Positions 20,258 to 30,979 of a stretch of 64,000 bases of DNA are shown piece after piece. A program made the position numbers and the translations under genes. The notes beneath the pieces were generated by a model. That model was given only the letters and a program-made list of their open reading frames with translations. It was not told the origin of the DNA and made no database searches. How positions within the stretch are numbered: the stretch's first letter is position 1; each line of letters opens with the position of its first letter. This DNA is from an uncultured Desulfobacter sp. (GTDB taxonomy: Bacteria; Desulfobacterota; Desulfobacteria; Desulfobacterales; Desulfobacteraceae), in the NCBI GenBank assembly GCA_963665095.1, contig OY762069.1, positions 3,424,001-3,488,000 of the forward strand, written 5' to 3'.

Positions 20258-21376
20258 TTGCCGAAACTGACGCTGGAAACCAGGGACCGGATGCAGGTGC
20301 TGAAATTTTCAGGGAAGCTGGATGCCCTGGGCGTGGCTGACGTGTGGGACAAGGCAGTTAAATCGACAACAAAAGCGGGTCCTGGAAATGTTCAGTTTGA
20401 TCTTGAGTCCATTGAGTACATGGATATGGCCGGCGCCACTTTTATCTCCCGCCTGAAGGGCCTGGCACAGGAGAGCACCCCGGGGCTAACAGCAGACTGT
20501 CTAACAGGACTGAAAGAGGAGTTCCGGCCCCTTCTTGAGCTGGCCGAACAATCCAAATCAGCTACCCAATCCCAGCCACCCACTGCCTCCTATGTTGAGA
20601 AAACCGGGGAAAGCCTGGCCTTGGCCCTGGCTGATGCAAAGATGTTTATCTCCATGATCGGTGAAATCACCTGGGCACTTGTCTCCTGCATTAAAAATCC
20701 AGGGCGTATCCGCTGGGCCGACACCTGGATGGTGGCGGAACGTTCCGGTGTGAACGCGCTCCCCATTGTGGCTCTGATCTCTTTTATCGTGGGCCTGGTC
20801 ATGGCGTTTCAGGCTGCCATTCCCATGAGAATGTTCGGTGCTGAAATTTATGTGGCCAACCTTATCGGCATTGCCATGGTCAGAGAGCTTGGCCCCCTGA
20901 TGACGGCCATAGTTCTGGCCGGCCGGTCTGCCTCGGCCTTTGCCGCAGAGATCGGCACCATGAAAATCAATGAAGAGATTGATGCCCTCACCGTTATGGG
21001 GCTGGAGCCTGTTCGGTTTCTGATCATCCCCCGGGTCATTGCCGCCACCCTGCTTACCCCGCTTTTAACAGTGTTTTCCAATTTTGTGGGTATTCTCGGC
21101 GGTGCCGTTGTGATTCTCTCCTTTGGGTATCCGCCCATCACCTACTATAATCAGGTGGTGGGGTTCGTCACCTGGCAGGATCTGACCGGCGGTCTTGTCA
21201 AATGTTTTGTGTTTGGTCTGCTCATTGCCGCCACCGGATGCATCCGGGGCTATCAGACACTGAGGGGCCCGTCTGCCGTAGGGGATGCCACCACAAAAGC
21301 AGTGGTCTCCTCCATTATTTTAATTGCCGTTTTTGACGGTGTTTTCAGCGTGGTTTATTTCTACCTGGGCATATGA
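20258..21376 (+). CDS. MlaE family ABC permease with N-terminal STAS domain
   Basis: RELGPLMTAIVLAGRSASAFAAEIGTM. Confidence 0.9.
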   Translation: MPKLTLETRDRMQVLKFSGKLDALGVADVWDKAVKSTTKAGPGNVQFDLESIEYMDMAGATFISRLKGLAQESTPGLTADCLTGLKEEFRPLLELAEQSKSATQSQPPTASYVEKTGESLALALADAKMFISMIGEITWALVSCIKNPGRIRWADTWMVAERSGVNALPIVALISFIVGLVMAFQAAIPMRMFGAEIYVANLIGIAMVRELGPLMTAIVLAGRSASAFAAEIGTMKINEEIDALTVMGLEPVRFLIIPRVIAATLLTPLLTVFSNFVGILGGAVVILSFGYPPITYYNQVVGFVTWQDLTGGLVKCFVFGLLIAATGCIRGYQTLRGPSAVGDATTKAVVSSIILIAVFDGVFSVVYFYLGI

Positions 21377-22119
21377 ACGACACAGTTATCAAGGTCCGGC
21401 ACCTCTATGCCGGATATAACAACAACGCCATCATGGAAGATTTGAATTTTGATATTCAAAGCGGTGAGGTGTTTGTTATCCTTGGCGGATCCGGCTGCGG
21501 CAAGAGTACGGTGCTCAAGCATATGATCGGCCTGGTACCGCCGGTGTCCGGTGAAATCTTCATCCATGGCAAAGAGATGGTGACAGCCCGGGGAAAAGAC
21601 CGAAACCGGCTTTTACGTTCCATCGGGGTGGCCTTCCAGAACGGGGCGTTGTTTGGTTCCATGACCGTGCTGGAAAATGTCATGCTGCCGCTCATGGAAT
21701 TTACCGCTCTGCCCCGGGATGCCATTGAAGCTGTGGCCCGGGTAAAACTGAACCTGGTTGATATGGGGCACGCGCTTTATCTGCTTCCTGACGAGCTGAG
21801 CGGGGGCATGAAAAAAAGGGCGGCCATTGCCCGGGCCATGGCCCTGGACCCGTCTGTCCTCTTTCTGGACGAACCGTCTGCCGGACTTGACCCCTTAACC
21901 TCTGCAGAACTTGACCGGCTTATTCTGAAGCTGGCAGGATCCCTTAAAATCACCTTTATCATTGTGACCCATGAACTGGAAAGCATTCTCACCATTGCCG
22001 ACCGGGTCATTATGCTGGGCAAACAGGAAAAGGGGATCATCGCCCAGGGCGACCCCAGGGTGCTTAAAGAGGACACGACCAAACCCTATGTGCACCGATT
22101 TTTTAACCGAAACCCATAG
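21373..22119 (+). CDS. MlaF family ABC ATPase
   Basis: GGSGCGKST, LSGGMKKR, DEPSAGLDP. Confidence 0.9.
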   Translation: MNDTVIKVRHLYAGYNNNAIMEDLNFDIQSGEVFVILGGSGCGKSTVLKHMIGLVPPVSGEIFIHGKEMVTARGKDRNRLLRSIGVAFQNGALFGSMTVLENVMLPLMEFTALPRDAIEAVARVKLNLVDMGHALYLLPDELSGGMKKRAAIARAMALDPSVLFLDEPSAGLDPLTSAELDRLILKLAGSLKITFIIVTHELESILTIADRVIMLGKQEKGIIAQGDPRVLKEDTTKPYVHRFFNRNP

Positions 22120-22137
22120 AATCCGGAATGTGGACAC

Positions 22138-23205
22138 ATGACCCAGAATACAAATTACTTTAAACTCGGCCTTTTTATTATCCTGGCGTTTGGATTAACG
22201 GCTGCCATGCTTATAGCTTTTGGCGCCGGCCAGTTTCTAAAAACCGAAATTCTTGCCGAAACCTATTTCAACGAAACCGTTCAGGGGCTGGATGTCGGGG
22301 CAAGTGTCAAATACAAAGGGGTCAAAATCGGCACGGTTAAATCCATTACCACCCCCACAAAAACCTATGATGTGGCCTCCAATTATGTGCTGGTTACCTT
22401 TTCCCTGGCAGATGACTGTTATGTGGGACAAACCGGTGCTGACGCAGGTGATCGTATGCAAAAAGCAGTCAAGGAAGGGCTTTGTGTATTTTTATCCTTT
22501 AACGGGCTTACCGGATCCGCATACCTTGAAACCGATTACCAGAAAAATGGCCCCGATCCTCTGGAAATCCCCTGGACCCCGCAGAACCTGTATGTGCCGT
22601 CCCGGCCCAGCACCATTAAACGGGCATCAGATGCCATCAACGAAATCGTGGATACCTTCACCAGCCTGGATCTCCAGCAGGTGAAGCAGGATCTGACCGC
22701 CATTGTTAAAAGTCTTGATATTACAGATGTTTCCTTACAGGCGGAAAACCTGCTCAAGGAACTTCGCCAGACCAATGACTCACTGGCCCGGTTTCTTGCC
22801 TCGGATCGCATGAAGCAGATCGTTACCGATGCCGGGGACTCCATATCTGATTTGAAACAGATGGTTCACAATGCCAACCCTCCCATCAAAGAGGCCCTGG
22901 CCAATATAAAAACAGCCTCTGGCAGTTTTAAGCGCATGGCCACCGGCCTGGAAGCCGGATACGGGACAAAACTTTCCGAAATGTCTGAAAAAATGGATTC
23001 TGTACTGGCCAGCCTTGAAAAGACCTCTCAGCTTTTGGAAAATATGGTCTGGACAAACTCGGATACCATTGAAAAGATGGTCGATAATATTGAAAATACC
23101 GCTGAGAATTTAAATCAACTGACCCGGGAACTGCGCAAATATCCGGGCCGCATCCTCATGGAAGCACCGCCCGAGACCCAGTCTCTTGAATCCAGAAAGG
23201 AGTGA
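22138..23205 (+). CDS. MCE/MlaD family protein
   Basis: N-terminal TM, VQGLDVGASVKYKGVKIG, coiled-coil tail. Confidence 0.9.
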   Translation: MTQNTNYFKLGLFIILAFGLTAAMLIAFGAGQFLKTEILAETYFNETVQGLDVGASVKYKGVKIGTVKSITTPTKTYDVASNYVLVTFSLADDCYVGQTGADAGDRMQKAVKEGLCVFLSFNGLTGSAYLETDYQKNGPDPLEIPWTPQNLYVPSRPSTIKRASDAINEIVDTFTSLDLQQVKQDLTAIVKSLDITDVSLQAENLLKELRQTNDSLARFLASDRMKQIVTDAGDSISDLKQMVHNANPPIKEALANIKTASGSFKRMATGLEAGYGTKLSEMSEKMDSVLASLEKTSQLLENMVWTNSDTIEKMVDNIENTAENLNQLTRELRKYPGRILMEAPPETQSLESRKE

Positions 23206-23215
23206 TAGAATCACC

Positions 23216-23866
23216 ATGAATGACTTCAATGTATATAGATTGACGGGAAACAGATTTGGCTGGACACTGCTGGCGGCTTTTGTGCTCACCTTTATCATTT
23301 CCGGGTGCGGCGGTATTAAAAACGACTACATTGAAAAAAAGATGTTCAGGCTCGCCCCCGGGCCCGGCACAACAGATTCCACATCAAGAGAACAGGGTAT
23401 TCCCCTGATGGTCAAGCGCCTGGATATATCTCCGGAGTTCAGTGATGATGAGTTTGTTTATCGCATTGATCAGGATCAGTATACCCAGGATTATTACAAT
23501 CAGTATATGACCTCTCCCGGACGGATGATCTCCGATTATGTCATGGAATTTCTGGCCGCCTCGGACCAGTTTGCACCGATTCCCAAATCCCATATCCCGG
23601 ACAATACCTGCCAGATCTGGGGAAAAGTCATTAACCTTTATTGTGACCGCCGGGACCCGGCAGCCCTTTCTACGGTCGTCACCCTTCGGCTGAACCTGGG
23701 CAGACAGACAGATGAGGGTTTTGAGCAGGTCTTCGGCCAGACATATACCCAGACCGTTCCCCTGACGGAGTTCAATCCCCAGGCTTATATTGACGGGATT
23801 GGCCAGGCCCTTACAAAAATTTTAAACAACTTTCTGTCAGAGGTCCGGGATATTCCCCTTGAATAA
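23216..23866 (+). CDS. ABC-type transport auxiliary lipoprotein (PqiC-like)
   Basis: Lipobox ISGC; last gene of the MCE operon. Confidence 0.7.
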   Translation: MNDFNVYRLTGNRFGWTLLAAFVLTFIISGCGGIKNDYIEKKMFRLAPGPGTTDSTSREQGIPLMVKRLDISPEFSDDEFVYRIDQDQYTQDYYNQYMTSPGRMISDYVMEFLAASDQFAPIPKSHIPDNTCQIWGKVINLYCDRRDPAALSTVVTLRLNLGRQTDEGFEQVFGQTYTQTVPLTEFNPQAYIDGIGQALTKILNNFLSEVRDIPLE

Positions 23867-23946
23867 TCCCTGTAGCAAAACCAGCCGAATTAGAATTAAC
23901 GTGTCCGGAAATTTTGGACCATACTCCTTTATAAGGGTCAGCTTTC

Positions 23947-24711
23947 ATGAAATTTCGCCCCTGCATTGACCTGCGCAATGGAAAAGTCGTCCAGATTGTT
24001 GGCGGCACCCTGACAGACAGTGAACAGAACACCCCTGTAACCAATTTTGAAAGCATGACTGCACCGGCACAGTTTGCAGAGATGTACCGGGCAGACCAGA
24101 TTTTCGGCGGACATGTCATCGCCCTGGGACCCGGCAATACCGATGCGGCCCTGTCAGCCCTGAATGCCTTTCCCGGCGGGCTGCAGATGGGCGGCGGGGT
24201 GACGCCGGACAATGCAGCCAGATTCCTGGACGCAGGGGCCTCCCATGTCATTGTCACCTCCTTTGTATTTTCAAAGGGCCGCATGGACATGGGCAAACTT
24301 GAGACTCTGGTCCGGGCCGTGGGCAAGGAGAGGCTGGTACTGGATTTAAGCTGTCGCAGCCGGGACGGCCTGTTCTGGATTGTGACAGACCGGTGGCAGA
24401 ATTTCACTGAAGTGGCCGTTACCCCGGACACCCTGGAACAGCTGGCAGATTTCTGCGATGAGTTCCTGGTCCACGGGGTGGATGTGGAGGGCAAAATGCA
24501 GGGCATCCAGGAAGAGCTGGTGGTTCTTTTAGGGGACCACAGCCCCCTCCCGGTTACCTATGCCGGCGGTGCCGGCCGGTTTTCCGATCTGGACCGGGTG
24601 AACAGCCTTGGCAGAGGACGTGTGGATCTGACCATTGGATCGGCCCTGGATATCTTTGGCGGTGCCATTCCCTACCGGCAGGTGGTGGAATGGCACCGGA
24701 ATATAAATTAA
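23947..24711 (+). CDS. hisA: phosphoribosylformimino-5-aminoimidazole carboxamide ribotide isomerase (eukaryotic His6-like type)
   Basis: MKFRPCIDL.NGKVVQIVGG, GASHVIVTS, LVHGVDVEG, DLTIGSALDIFGG. Confidence 0.9.
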   Translation: MKFRPCIDLRNGKVVQIVGGTLTDSEQNTPVTNFESMTAPAQFAEMYRADQIFGGHVIALGPGNTDAALSALNAFPGGLQMGGGVTPDNAARFLDAGASHVIVTSFVFSKGRMDMGKLETLVRAVGKERLVLDLSCRSRDGLFWIVTDRWQNFTEVAVTPDTLEQLADFCDEFLVHGVDVEGKMQGIQEELVVLLGDHSPLPVTYAGGAGRFSDLDRVNSLGRGRVDLTIGSALDIFGGAIPYRQVVEWHRNIN

Positions 24712-25647
24712 CTATCTGACAAAACCTGTTATAGTTTCAACCAGCTCAGGCATTACCGGCAGATCCGGCTGATTATAGGTTGCAAGATTTTTCATTCTGT
24801 CGGACTCAGCTTTTTTAAAAATATGGTTCATTCCCCGGATAATTTTTAATTGGGCCGACGGGTTTGCTCTGGCAAGCATTCGGGCATCCTTTTCACTCAC
24901 CTGAATATCGCAGGAACCCTGGATAATAAGGACAGGAACCTTCAGACCTGCGATGATGCCGGCCGGATCATATTTAAACCAGGAGATAAGATATGGCTGC
25001 ACACTGGGCCGGAACAGGGAATACAGCATTGGATGAACATCATTGACTGTTTTCCCCTGCCTGAGTGCATCAATAATCGGCAATGCCATATTCAGGACTT
25101 CAGGTGGCTGTGATCCAAGCTGCGTCTCAATCATCTTATCCGCAGGCCAGCCAGGTCCGGCTATGGAGACAAACTTACCAATATCGCACGCCTGAGCAGC
25201 AGCCATTCCGATTAATGAGCCCTCACTATGCCCGATTATAATGATCTCGTTAAACCGCTTATCCCTCTTAAGGGATTGCGCCCAGGCAACAGCATCCGAG
25301 ACATAGTGCCCGAATCGTAAATCTTCTTCTTTTTGGCCGGCATCCCGGCTTTCCCCGATACCCCGCTTGTCATACCTCAATACCGCAATTTTATTTTTTG
25401 CCAACGCCTGTGCCAGCAACTTCAAGCAATCATTTTTCATTGCCGGGTTATTGCCGTCTCTGTCCGTTGGACCGGACCCCGCGATGAGCAGTGCCACCGG
25501 CACTGGTGTATCCGTGTTGGGAACGGTGAATAAGCCTTCCAAAGTACCGGTCTTTGTTTTAAGGGTAACAATGGTCTCTATGGGGTTGGCTGATACACCA
25601 CTTTCAACAGACAGCAAAAGCAATGCAGCCAAAAAATATTTTGCCAT
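24712..25647 (-). CDS. secreted alpha/beta hydrolase
   Basis: GSGPTDRDGN, GHSEG nucleophile, MNH. Confidence 0.85.
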   Translation of the reverse strand: MAKYFLAALLLLSVESGVSANPIETIVTLKTKTGTLEGLFTVPNTDTPVPVALLIAGSGPTDRDGNNPAMKNDCLKLLAQALAKNKIAVLRYDKRGIGESRDAGQKEEDLRFGHYVSDAVAWAQSLKRDKRFNEIIIIGHSEGSLIGMAAAQACDIGKFVSIAGPGWPADKMIETQLGSQPPEVLNMALPIIDALRQGKTVNDVHPMLYSLFRPSVQPYLISWFKYDPAGIIAGLKVPVLIIQGSCDIQVSEKDARMLARANPSAQLKIIRGMNHIFKKAESDRMKNLATYNQPDLPVMPELVETITGFVR

Positions 25648-25735
25648 ACTCCTTCCCTTTCAGGTCTGATGTAAAACCTTTTTCAGGTCTGCCGTAAAAT
25701 TACCGGTTCGCTCTTAAAACCAGACAAAACCAGAC

Positions 25736-26182
25736 TCAAAGAAACGACTTAATCCTGCTTTCCAGAGCCTCTTTGGGCAGTGCCCCTGTGACCTGGTCAA
25801 CGACCTGCCCGTTTTTCACAAAAAGCATGGTGGGAATACTTTGGATGCGGTATCTTGACCCGATTCCAGTGTTTTCATCCACATTCACCTTGGCGATTTT
25901 AAGCTGGCCCCGGTAGGCCATTGCCAATTCATCCAGGACCGGAGCCACAGCCCGGCAGGGTCCGCACCAGGGCGCCCAGCAATCCACCAGCACGGGAACG
26001 GCAGACTGCATGACCTCCAGATCAAAGGTGGCATCGGTCACATTCACAGGCTTATCATGAACTTCAACTCTCAAAATCGTCCCGCATTTACCACATTTTG
26101 GCCCTTCAGAAATCCTGTTTTCCGGCACACGGTTTTTAGCCCCGCATCCTGTACACCGAATTATCAGCGAATTCGTACTCAT
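25736..26182 (-). CDS. trxC: thioredoxin 2 (zinc-finger thioredoxin)
   Basis: CxxC...CxxC N-terminus and WCGPC. Confidence 0.9.
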   Translation of the reverse strand: MSTNSLIIRCTGCGAKNRVPENRISEGPKCGKCGTILRVEVHDKPVNVTDATFDLEVMQSAVPVLVDCWAPWCGPCRAVAPVLDELAMAYRGQLKIAKVNVDENTGIGSRYRIQSIPTMLFVKNGQVVDQVTGALPKEALESRIKSFL

Positions 26183-26215
26183 AAATATTCTCCTCAATCA
26201 AAATGTTGTCTGCTC

Positions 26216-27598
26216 TCACTTTTCCATTATCTGCCAGTACCCGCCCCTGTCCGGTCCCACCCGTCTCAGTCGGCCCTCATCTTTAAGCCCCTTGATCTGC
26301 TTTTTCACTGCCCGGTCCGAAACGCCAAGCTCCGCAGCCATCTTTTTAATAGTTATGTGGCTGTTCCCGGCCAGCATTTCAAGAATTTTCTGGGAACTTT
26401 TCTGGGAACTTTTCTGGGAACTTTTCTGGGAACTTTTTACTGCAGATTCACTATAAATAATCACCTTAAAAAACAGACCGCTTTCAATGAAATCGGGCGC
26501 TTTCAGATGACGTTCCCGACAAAGCGACAAAATTTTTCCAATGCCGGTGCCCCATTGTTCAATAAAATTGATCTGCCTGAAAAATCTGGCTATCACTCTG
26601 TTTCTGATTTCCGACCGACCACTGACAATATCTTCAATCACCAACGATTTAGGTAACGCCCCCGGAGAGGTGATCTCAATCCGGTTATCAAATACGGCAA
26701 ACTTGATATCTGACCCGGAAATACTGTAGTCCCGATGTACCACAGCATTAACTACTGCCTCCCTGACCGCTTCAAGGGGCACGGCATCAGTATCAATGCG
26801 CTGAACCCCCTCTACTTTTCCGGCCCTGGGGATATACACCCTGGCAAAGGCCAAAGTATTTTCCACCTGAGTGTATAAAGGGCCACTGAACTCTTTCCGG
26901 TCTATAAACTCTTTTGCATCCATGCCCTTAAACCGGGCACATTTGATACGGGCATATTCCAGGGGGTTCACTGTTCCTGCGATGAGCAACCCGCCTAACG
27001 TAGGGACAGGATTATCCCGATCACCGGATAACAGCTTCAGGCCCAGCATTTTTTGTTCCGTCAGTTCTTCACCGGTAAATTTAAAAAAATCCTTTCGGAG
27101 CCGGTCCAGATCAAGGGATGTTACGGACGCCGCATGATCAGGTTCTTCATCAAGAGATACATTAATGCGCTGCCGGGCAAGTTCCCGGATCATTTCGCCA
27201 TCTGCGGGTTTGTTTGTCGCTCCCACCGGGATATAGGTACCGGCCCTCTCGCCCAGGCGTTTCAGATGGTAGGGCTTTAGAGGACCTGGATGAATTCTTA
27301 TCCCCAGAACCATTTTCCCATTCACATGTTCAGTAAATATTTCAGGAACAATAGTTGGAATGCAGGAGTCAAACAAAATATTTGCAATGCGGTCGGGATA
27401 ATCAAAAATCTGTTCATCCGTTAATCCGATCACTTGTCCGGATTCATCCTCCACCCCGATCAGAATCAGCCCGCCAGCCATGTTGGAAAAAGCAACAGCA
27501 GATTTGGCAAGGTTGCTTCCGGCCGGCAGGTCGGATTTAAATTCAAGGGTTTTGCTTTCTCCCTTTTTGATCAACTCAATTATTTTGGTCATTACCAT
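26216..27598 (-). CDS. AlbA_2/Schlafen-domain ATP-binding protein with HATPase_c_4 and C-terminal HTH
   Basis: GESKTLEFK, AFSNMAGG, REAVVNAVVHRDY, SEIRN, IEQWGTG, C-terminal wHTH. Confidence 0.85.
   Translation of the reverse strand: MVMTKIIELIKKGESKTLEFKSDLPAGSNLAKSAVAFSNMAGGLILIGVEDESGQVIGLTDEQIFDYPDRIANILFDSCIPTIVPEIFTEHVNGKMVLGIRIHPGPLKPYHLKRLGERAGTYIPVGATNKPADGEMIRELARQRINVSLDEEPDHAASVTSLDLDRLRKDFFKFTGEELTEQKMLGLKLLSGDRDNPVPTLGGLLIAGTVNPLEYARIKCARFKGMDAKEFIDRKEFSGPLYTQVENTLAFARVYIPRAGKVEGVQRIDTDAVPLEAVREAVVNAVVHRDYSISGSDIKFAVFDNRIEITSPGALPKSLVIEDIVSGRSEIRNRVIARFFRQINFIEQWGTGIGKILSLCRERHLKAPDFIESGLFFKVIIYSESAVKSSQKSSQKSSQKSSQKILEMLAGNSHITIKKMAAELGVSDRAVKKQIKGLKDEGRLRRVGPDRGGYWQIMEK
26386..26437. 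repeat. in-frame 12-bp tandem repeat (TTTTCTGGGAAC) x4.3, encoding (KSSQ)n
   Basis: Directly visible in the sequence. Confidence 0.95.
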
Positions 27599-27732
27599 TC
27601 ATCCCGAATCCCAGAGCCTTTTGTTCTTTTTTTTAAAGCTTAAAGCGTCAATACCGCCTGTATTCAAAATTATTATAAATTACAAAGACGTTGTTTGGTC
27701 TGCCTCCGAATCGCCAACCGAATAACAGAATC

Positions 27733-28130
27733 TTAATCTGATATGTCCCTATGTCCAATCAAACGAAATCCATTGGAGCCAAAGGTGTCAGGCAGACCAG
27801 GCCCCCTCCCGGATCTATAAGAACAACGCAAATAACTCCGTACGCAATTCCAAGAACCGCCTCGCATAGCCTTAGTTTGTTCATCAATACGTTTACCATT
27901 ATTATAATAAAGTTTATACTGGTCCTCACACCACGCCTCCACATTGCCGGACATATCAAACAATCCAAGGCTGTTAGCAGGAAAGCTACCCACTTCCACC
28001 GTTTTTTTCCGGAAAGCAATGATGCCCGAAGCGTTTGCCTTTTTGGGGAGCTTAGCTTTAAAATTGGCCGCCTCCGGGCCTATTGTATCCTTACCAGTAC
28101 CAAACCGGACCTTTTTCCCGTTCATCAGCT
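27733..28130 (-). pseudogene. C-terminal half of an FGE-sulfatase (SUMF1) domain, out of frame with the upstream caspase gene
   Basis: VGSFPANSLGLFDMSGNV.AWC, RGGSW, NGFRL. The N-terminal half (LPTEAEWE region) is missing. Confidence 0.7.
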
Positions 28131-29128
28131 CCAAGCTCAACCCACTGGGCAGCAGTAATGTAACCAGGATGGGAAACCTCAATGTGATATTGCCCGGGAG
28201 CAAGTTTGATACCGTCCTGATATACCGGTTTGATATTTAGTATTCGCACACGGCTGTTGGATGGCACGGGCGTAACAATTAAATACCCGGGGGGAATTTT
28301 CGGTTCCGATCCTTCAGGGGCAGGTGTTGAAGGTGCAACAACCAAGGCCGGAGATTGTGGTCGGAGCCGAATATCTTCAGGCTTGCCGCCAGCCAGAAAA
28401 TAATCAGGAAAAGGCGTGGTAGACAACCAGGGCACCTGCTGATTTTGGGTGATAGTCATTACATCCAGCCCGGTACGATTAAACATTTTATGGACATCCA
28501 GGCCCGGGCTGACCATATTTTTGAGCAAAGCCTCCGTATAAGTACCGTTGCGGCCACTGCCGTCAGCCGCCACTGATCCCGGGGAGGTGGCATAGGCAAT
28601 AATGGTGCCGGGCGGGGCATCCATGCGGGCAAGTCCTTGGGCTGCGGTGCGAAAATTGCGTTTAAACGGATTGTCCCGGCAGGCATCCAAAATCACGATG
28701 TTCATGGGATTGCCCGCACTTTCCATTTTGGCCATAATCCTTGCCGCATTCATTGCCTCAAATTCCACTTCGGCCTCGTTCCGGATACTGTTGTTTATCG
28801 GAATCAGGTAATTGACTCCCTTGATCTGCATACCGTGGCCGGCAAAATAGAACAGGCCGATCTCTGCTTTGGACAGCTTTTGTCCAAACTGCCTGACCGC
28901 ATCTATTATTTGCCGGCGGTCAGCATTTTTGCACAAAATCACCTCAAAATTGAGTTGTCTCAGTGCCGCTGCCATATCTTCGGCATCATTTACCGGATTG
29001 GTCAGGGGAGAAGCACCATAGGCACTGTTACCGATGACAAGGGCGACCCTTTGAGTGGCTGAAACCGGCAAAACAAGCAATAAACAAATAAGAGCAAGCA
29101 GATGGATGATAATTGACTTTTTAATCAT
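28091..29128 (-). CDS. secreted caspase-family (peptidase C14) protein with PEGA-like domain
   Basis: RVALVIGNSAY, FAGHG, ILDACR dyad, signal peptide. Confidence 0.85.
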   Translation of the reverse strand: MIKKSIIIHLLALICLLLVLPVSATQRVALVIGNSAYGASPLTNPVNDAEDMAAALRQLNFEVILCKNADRRQIIDAVRQFGQKLSKAEIGLFYFAGHGMQIKGVNYLIPINNSIRNEAEVEFEAMNAARIMAKMESAGNPMNIVILDACRDNPFKRNFRTAAQGLARMDAPPGTIIAYATSPGSVAADGSGRNGTYTEALLKNMVSPGLDVHKMFNRTGLDVMTITQNQQVPWLSTTPFPDYFLAGGKPEDIRLRPQSPALVVAPSTPAPEGSEPKIPPGYLIVTPVPSNSRVRILNIKPVYQDGIKLAPGQYHIEVSHPGYITAAQWVELGADEREKGPVWYW

Positions 29129-29141
29129 GAAAGCACTTGTT

Positions 29142-29774
29142 TTAATTATCGACTAAAGTAACTTCAACCCTGCGGTTCATCTGTTTATAGGAAGAAGTAG
29201 AATTAGATTTCAAAGGCAACGCCTCACCATATCCCCGAACCTTAAGTCGTGGTTCAGGGATCTCAAACATGGATACCAGAAACTGACGAACCGCATCAGC
29301 CCGGTCCAGACTCAGTCGCAGGTTATAATCGTCACTGCCGTCCGAATCTGTGTGCCCGGACACCAGAATGCCGGCCCCTGACAGCGCCTGGGCACTCAAT
29401 GCCGTACCCAGCTCTTTTAGCAGAGGATAGGCTGACGGACGAAGGGTTGTGCTGTTCCTGTCAAACTCCACTTTGAGCTTGAGACCAGGTGTTGTCTGGT
29501 TATCAGCCACCTCAATGATTTTGGTCTCGTATGCCTGGTCAGGCCCATTTGTGCCGGCAGCCTGGTCCTGATTTTTCTCCATAACCATAATACTGCGCTT
29601 TTTCACAGCAGGATTAAAACTTCTGTACCTGACCGGCTTTCGGGTCAGTGCCTCAATCATCTCCTGGCTGTTTTCCTGAAATACCGGTTCCCGGGCAAAA
29701 CATGCACCTGCTATGAAAATACAAGCCATTCCAACGGCCAGGTTACGGACAGACCAGGGTATTAAAGACTGCAT
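29142..29774 (-). CDS. OmpA family protein
   Basis: GHTDSDG...NLRLS..RA..V, NRRVE. Confidence 0.9.
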   Translation of the reverse strand: MQSLIPWSVRNLAVGMACIFIAGACFAREPVFQENSQEMIEALTRKPVRYRSFNPAVKKRSIMVMEKNQDQAAGTNGPDQAYETKIIEVADNQTTPGLKLKVEFDRNSTTLRPSAYPLLKELGTALSAQALSGAGILVSGHTDSDGSDDYNLRLSLDRADAVRQFLVSMFEIPEPRLKVRGYGEALPLKSNSTSSYKQMNRRVEVTLVDN

Positions 29775-30058
29775 CTAATCCTCCTTTTTGAACAGAAAAC
29801 AATCATATGGGTTCCATATCAGGATGCGGTTTATTTTTCAATGTTTTGGCCCAAGTGTCTTACGGTGTTTGCCCATATATGCATAGCCCCAATTGGCATT
29901 TTTATATCACAGCATCTGAAGTGAAAAGCGGTCCAAAACCAATGCAGCACAGGGTATCCGAATGATGGGTCATGATGGAAAATAACCGATTGAATTTATA
30001 GACACATGCATGTATTATGGAAAGTTGATACATGTTATTTTAAGAACAAGGAGGTTCT

Positions 30059-30859
30059 ATGACACTATCCATTAACAACAACACCTCGGCATTGATCGCC
30101 GCGAAAATGCTGGAGAGGGCCAATTCGGAATTAACCGACTCCATCGAGCGCATGGCAACAGGTCAGAAGATCAACTCTGCTGCAGATGACGCATCTGCCA
30201 TGACCATTGCTGACAGCCTGAAAAGCCAGAGCCTGGCTGCAGGCCAGGAAATCCGCAATGCCAGCGACAGTGTCTCCATTGCCCAGACCGCAGACGGGGC
30301 ATTGAGCGGAATTACGGACATGCTTCAGGAGATGCGGACCCAGGCGGTTCAGGCAGCCGGCGGGACCCAGTCCCAGGAGAGCGTGGCTGCCATCCAGTCC
30401 GATATGGAAGGTTCCCTGGATGCCATCAGTGATATTGCAGCCAACACATCCTATAATGGACAGACACTGCTGGACGGCACGTTTTCCAATGCCTCGCTCT
30501 CCATTGCTTCGGCAAATCCGTCCACCTTGGGATCAAGCGACACCGGTTTTCTCTCCGACATTGATGTCACCACCCAGGAAGGCGCCCAGCAGGCCATTGA
30601 GACCATCGACCAGGCCCTGGACCAGATCAGCCAGAGCCGGGCCACCATCGGAGCCAGCCAGAACCAGTACGAATCAGACATCTCCACCTTATCCACCACC
30701 CAGATAAACCTGATTGCTGCGGAATCTGAAATCAGAGATACGGATCTTGCCGAAGAGGCCATGGTACTCAACCAGATGAAGCTGCTTGAAGGCGCATCCA
30801 CCTACGCCCTGAACAAGGCCAACGATTCCCGGGATACACTGGTGAATCTGCTGGGCTGA
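30059..30859 (+). CDS. short flagellin-like protein
   Basis: RMATGQKINSAADDAS, AQTADGAL, RATIGASQN, SEIRDTDLA. Confidence 0.85.
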   Translation: MTLSINNNTSALIAAKMLERANSELTDSIERMATGQKINSAADDASAMTIADSLKSQSLAAGQEIRNASDSVSIAQTADGALSGITDMLQEMRTQAVQAAGGTQSQESVAAIQSDMEGSLDAISDIAANTSYNGQTLLDGTFSNASLSIASANPSTLGSSDTGFLSDIDVTTQEGAQQAIETIDQALDQISQSRATIGASQNQYESDISTLSTTQINLIAAESEIRDTDLAEEAMVLNQMKLLEGASTYALNKANDSRDTLVNLLG

Positions 30860-30906
30860 TTGCCAGCAAAAACCAATAAACCAACCCGTCAGGATTGGGA
30901 CAATAT

Positions 30907-30940
30907 AAACGCGCAGAAATACTTTTCTGCGCGTTTTTTT
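30907..30940 (+). terminator. rho-independent terminator
   Basis: AAACGCGCAGAAA-loop-TTTCTGCGCGTTTTTTT after the flagellin. Confidence 0.85.
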
Positions 30941-30979
30941 ATTTATCGTCTTTATTTAAAAATGGAAACACCAGGTTGA

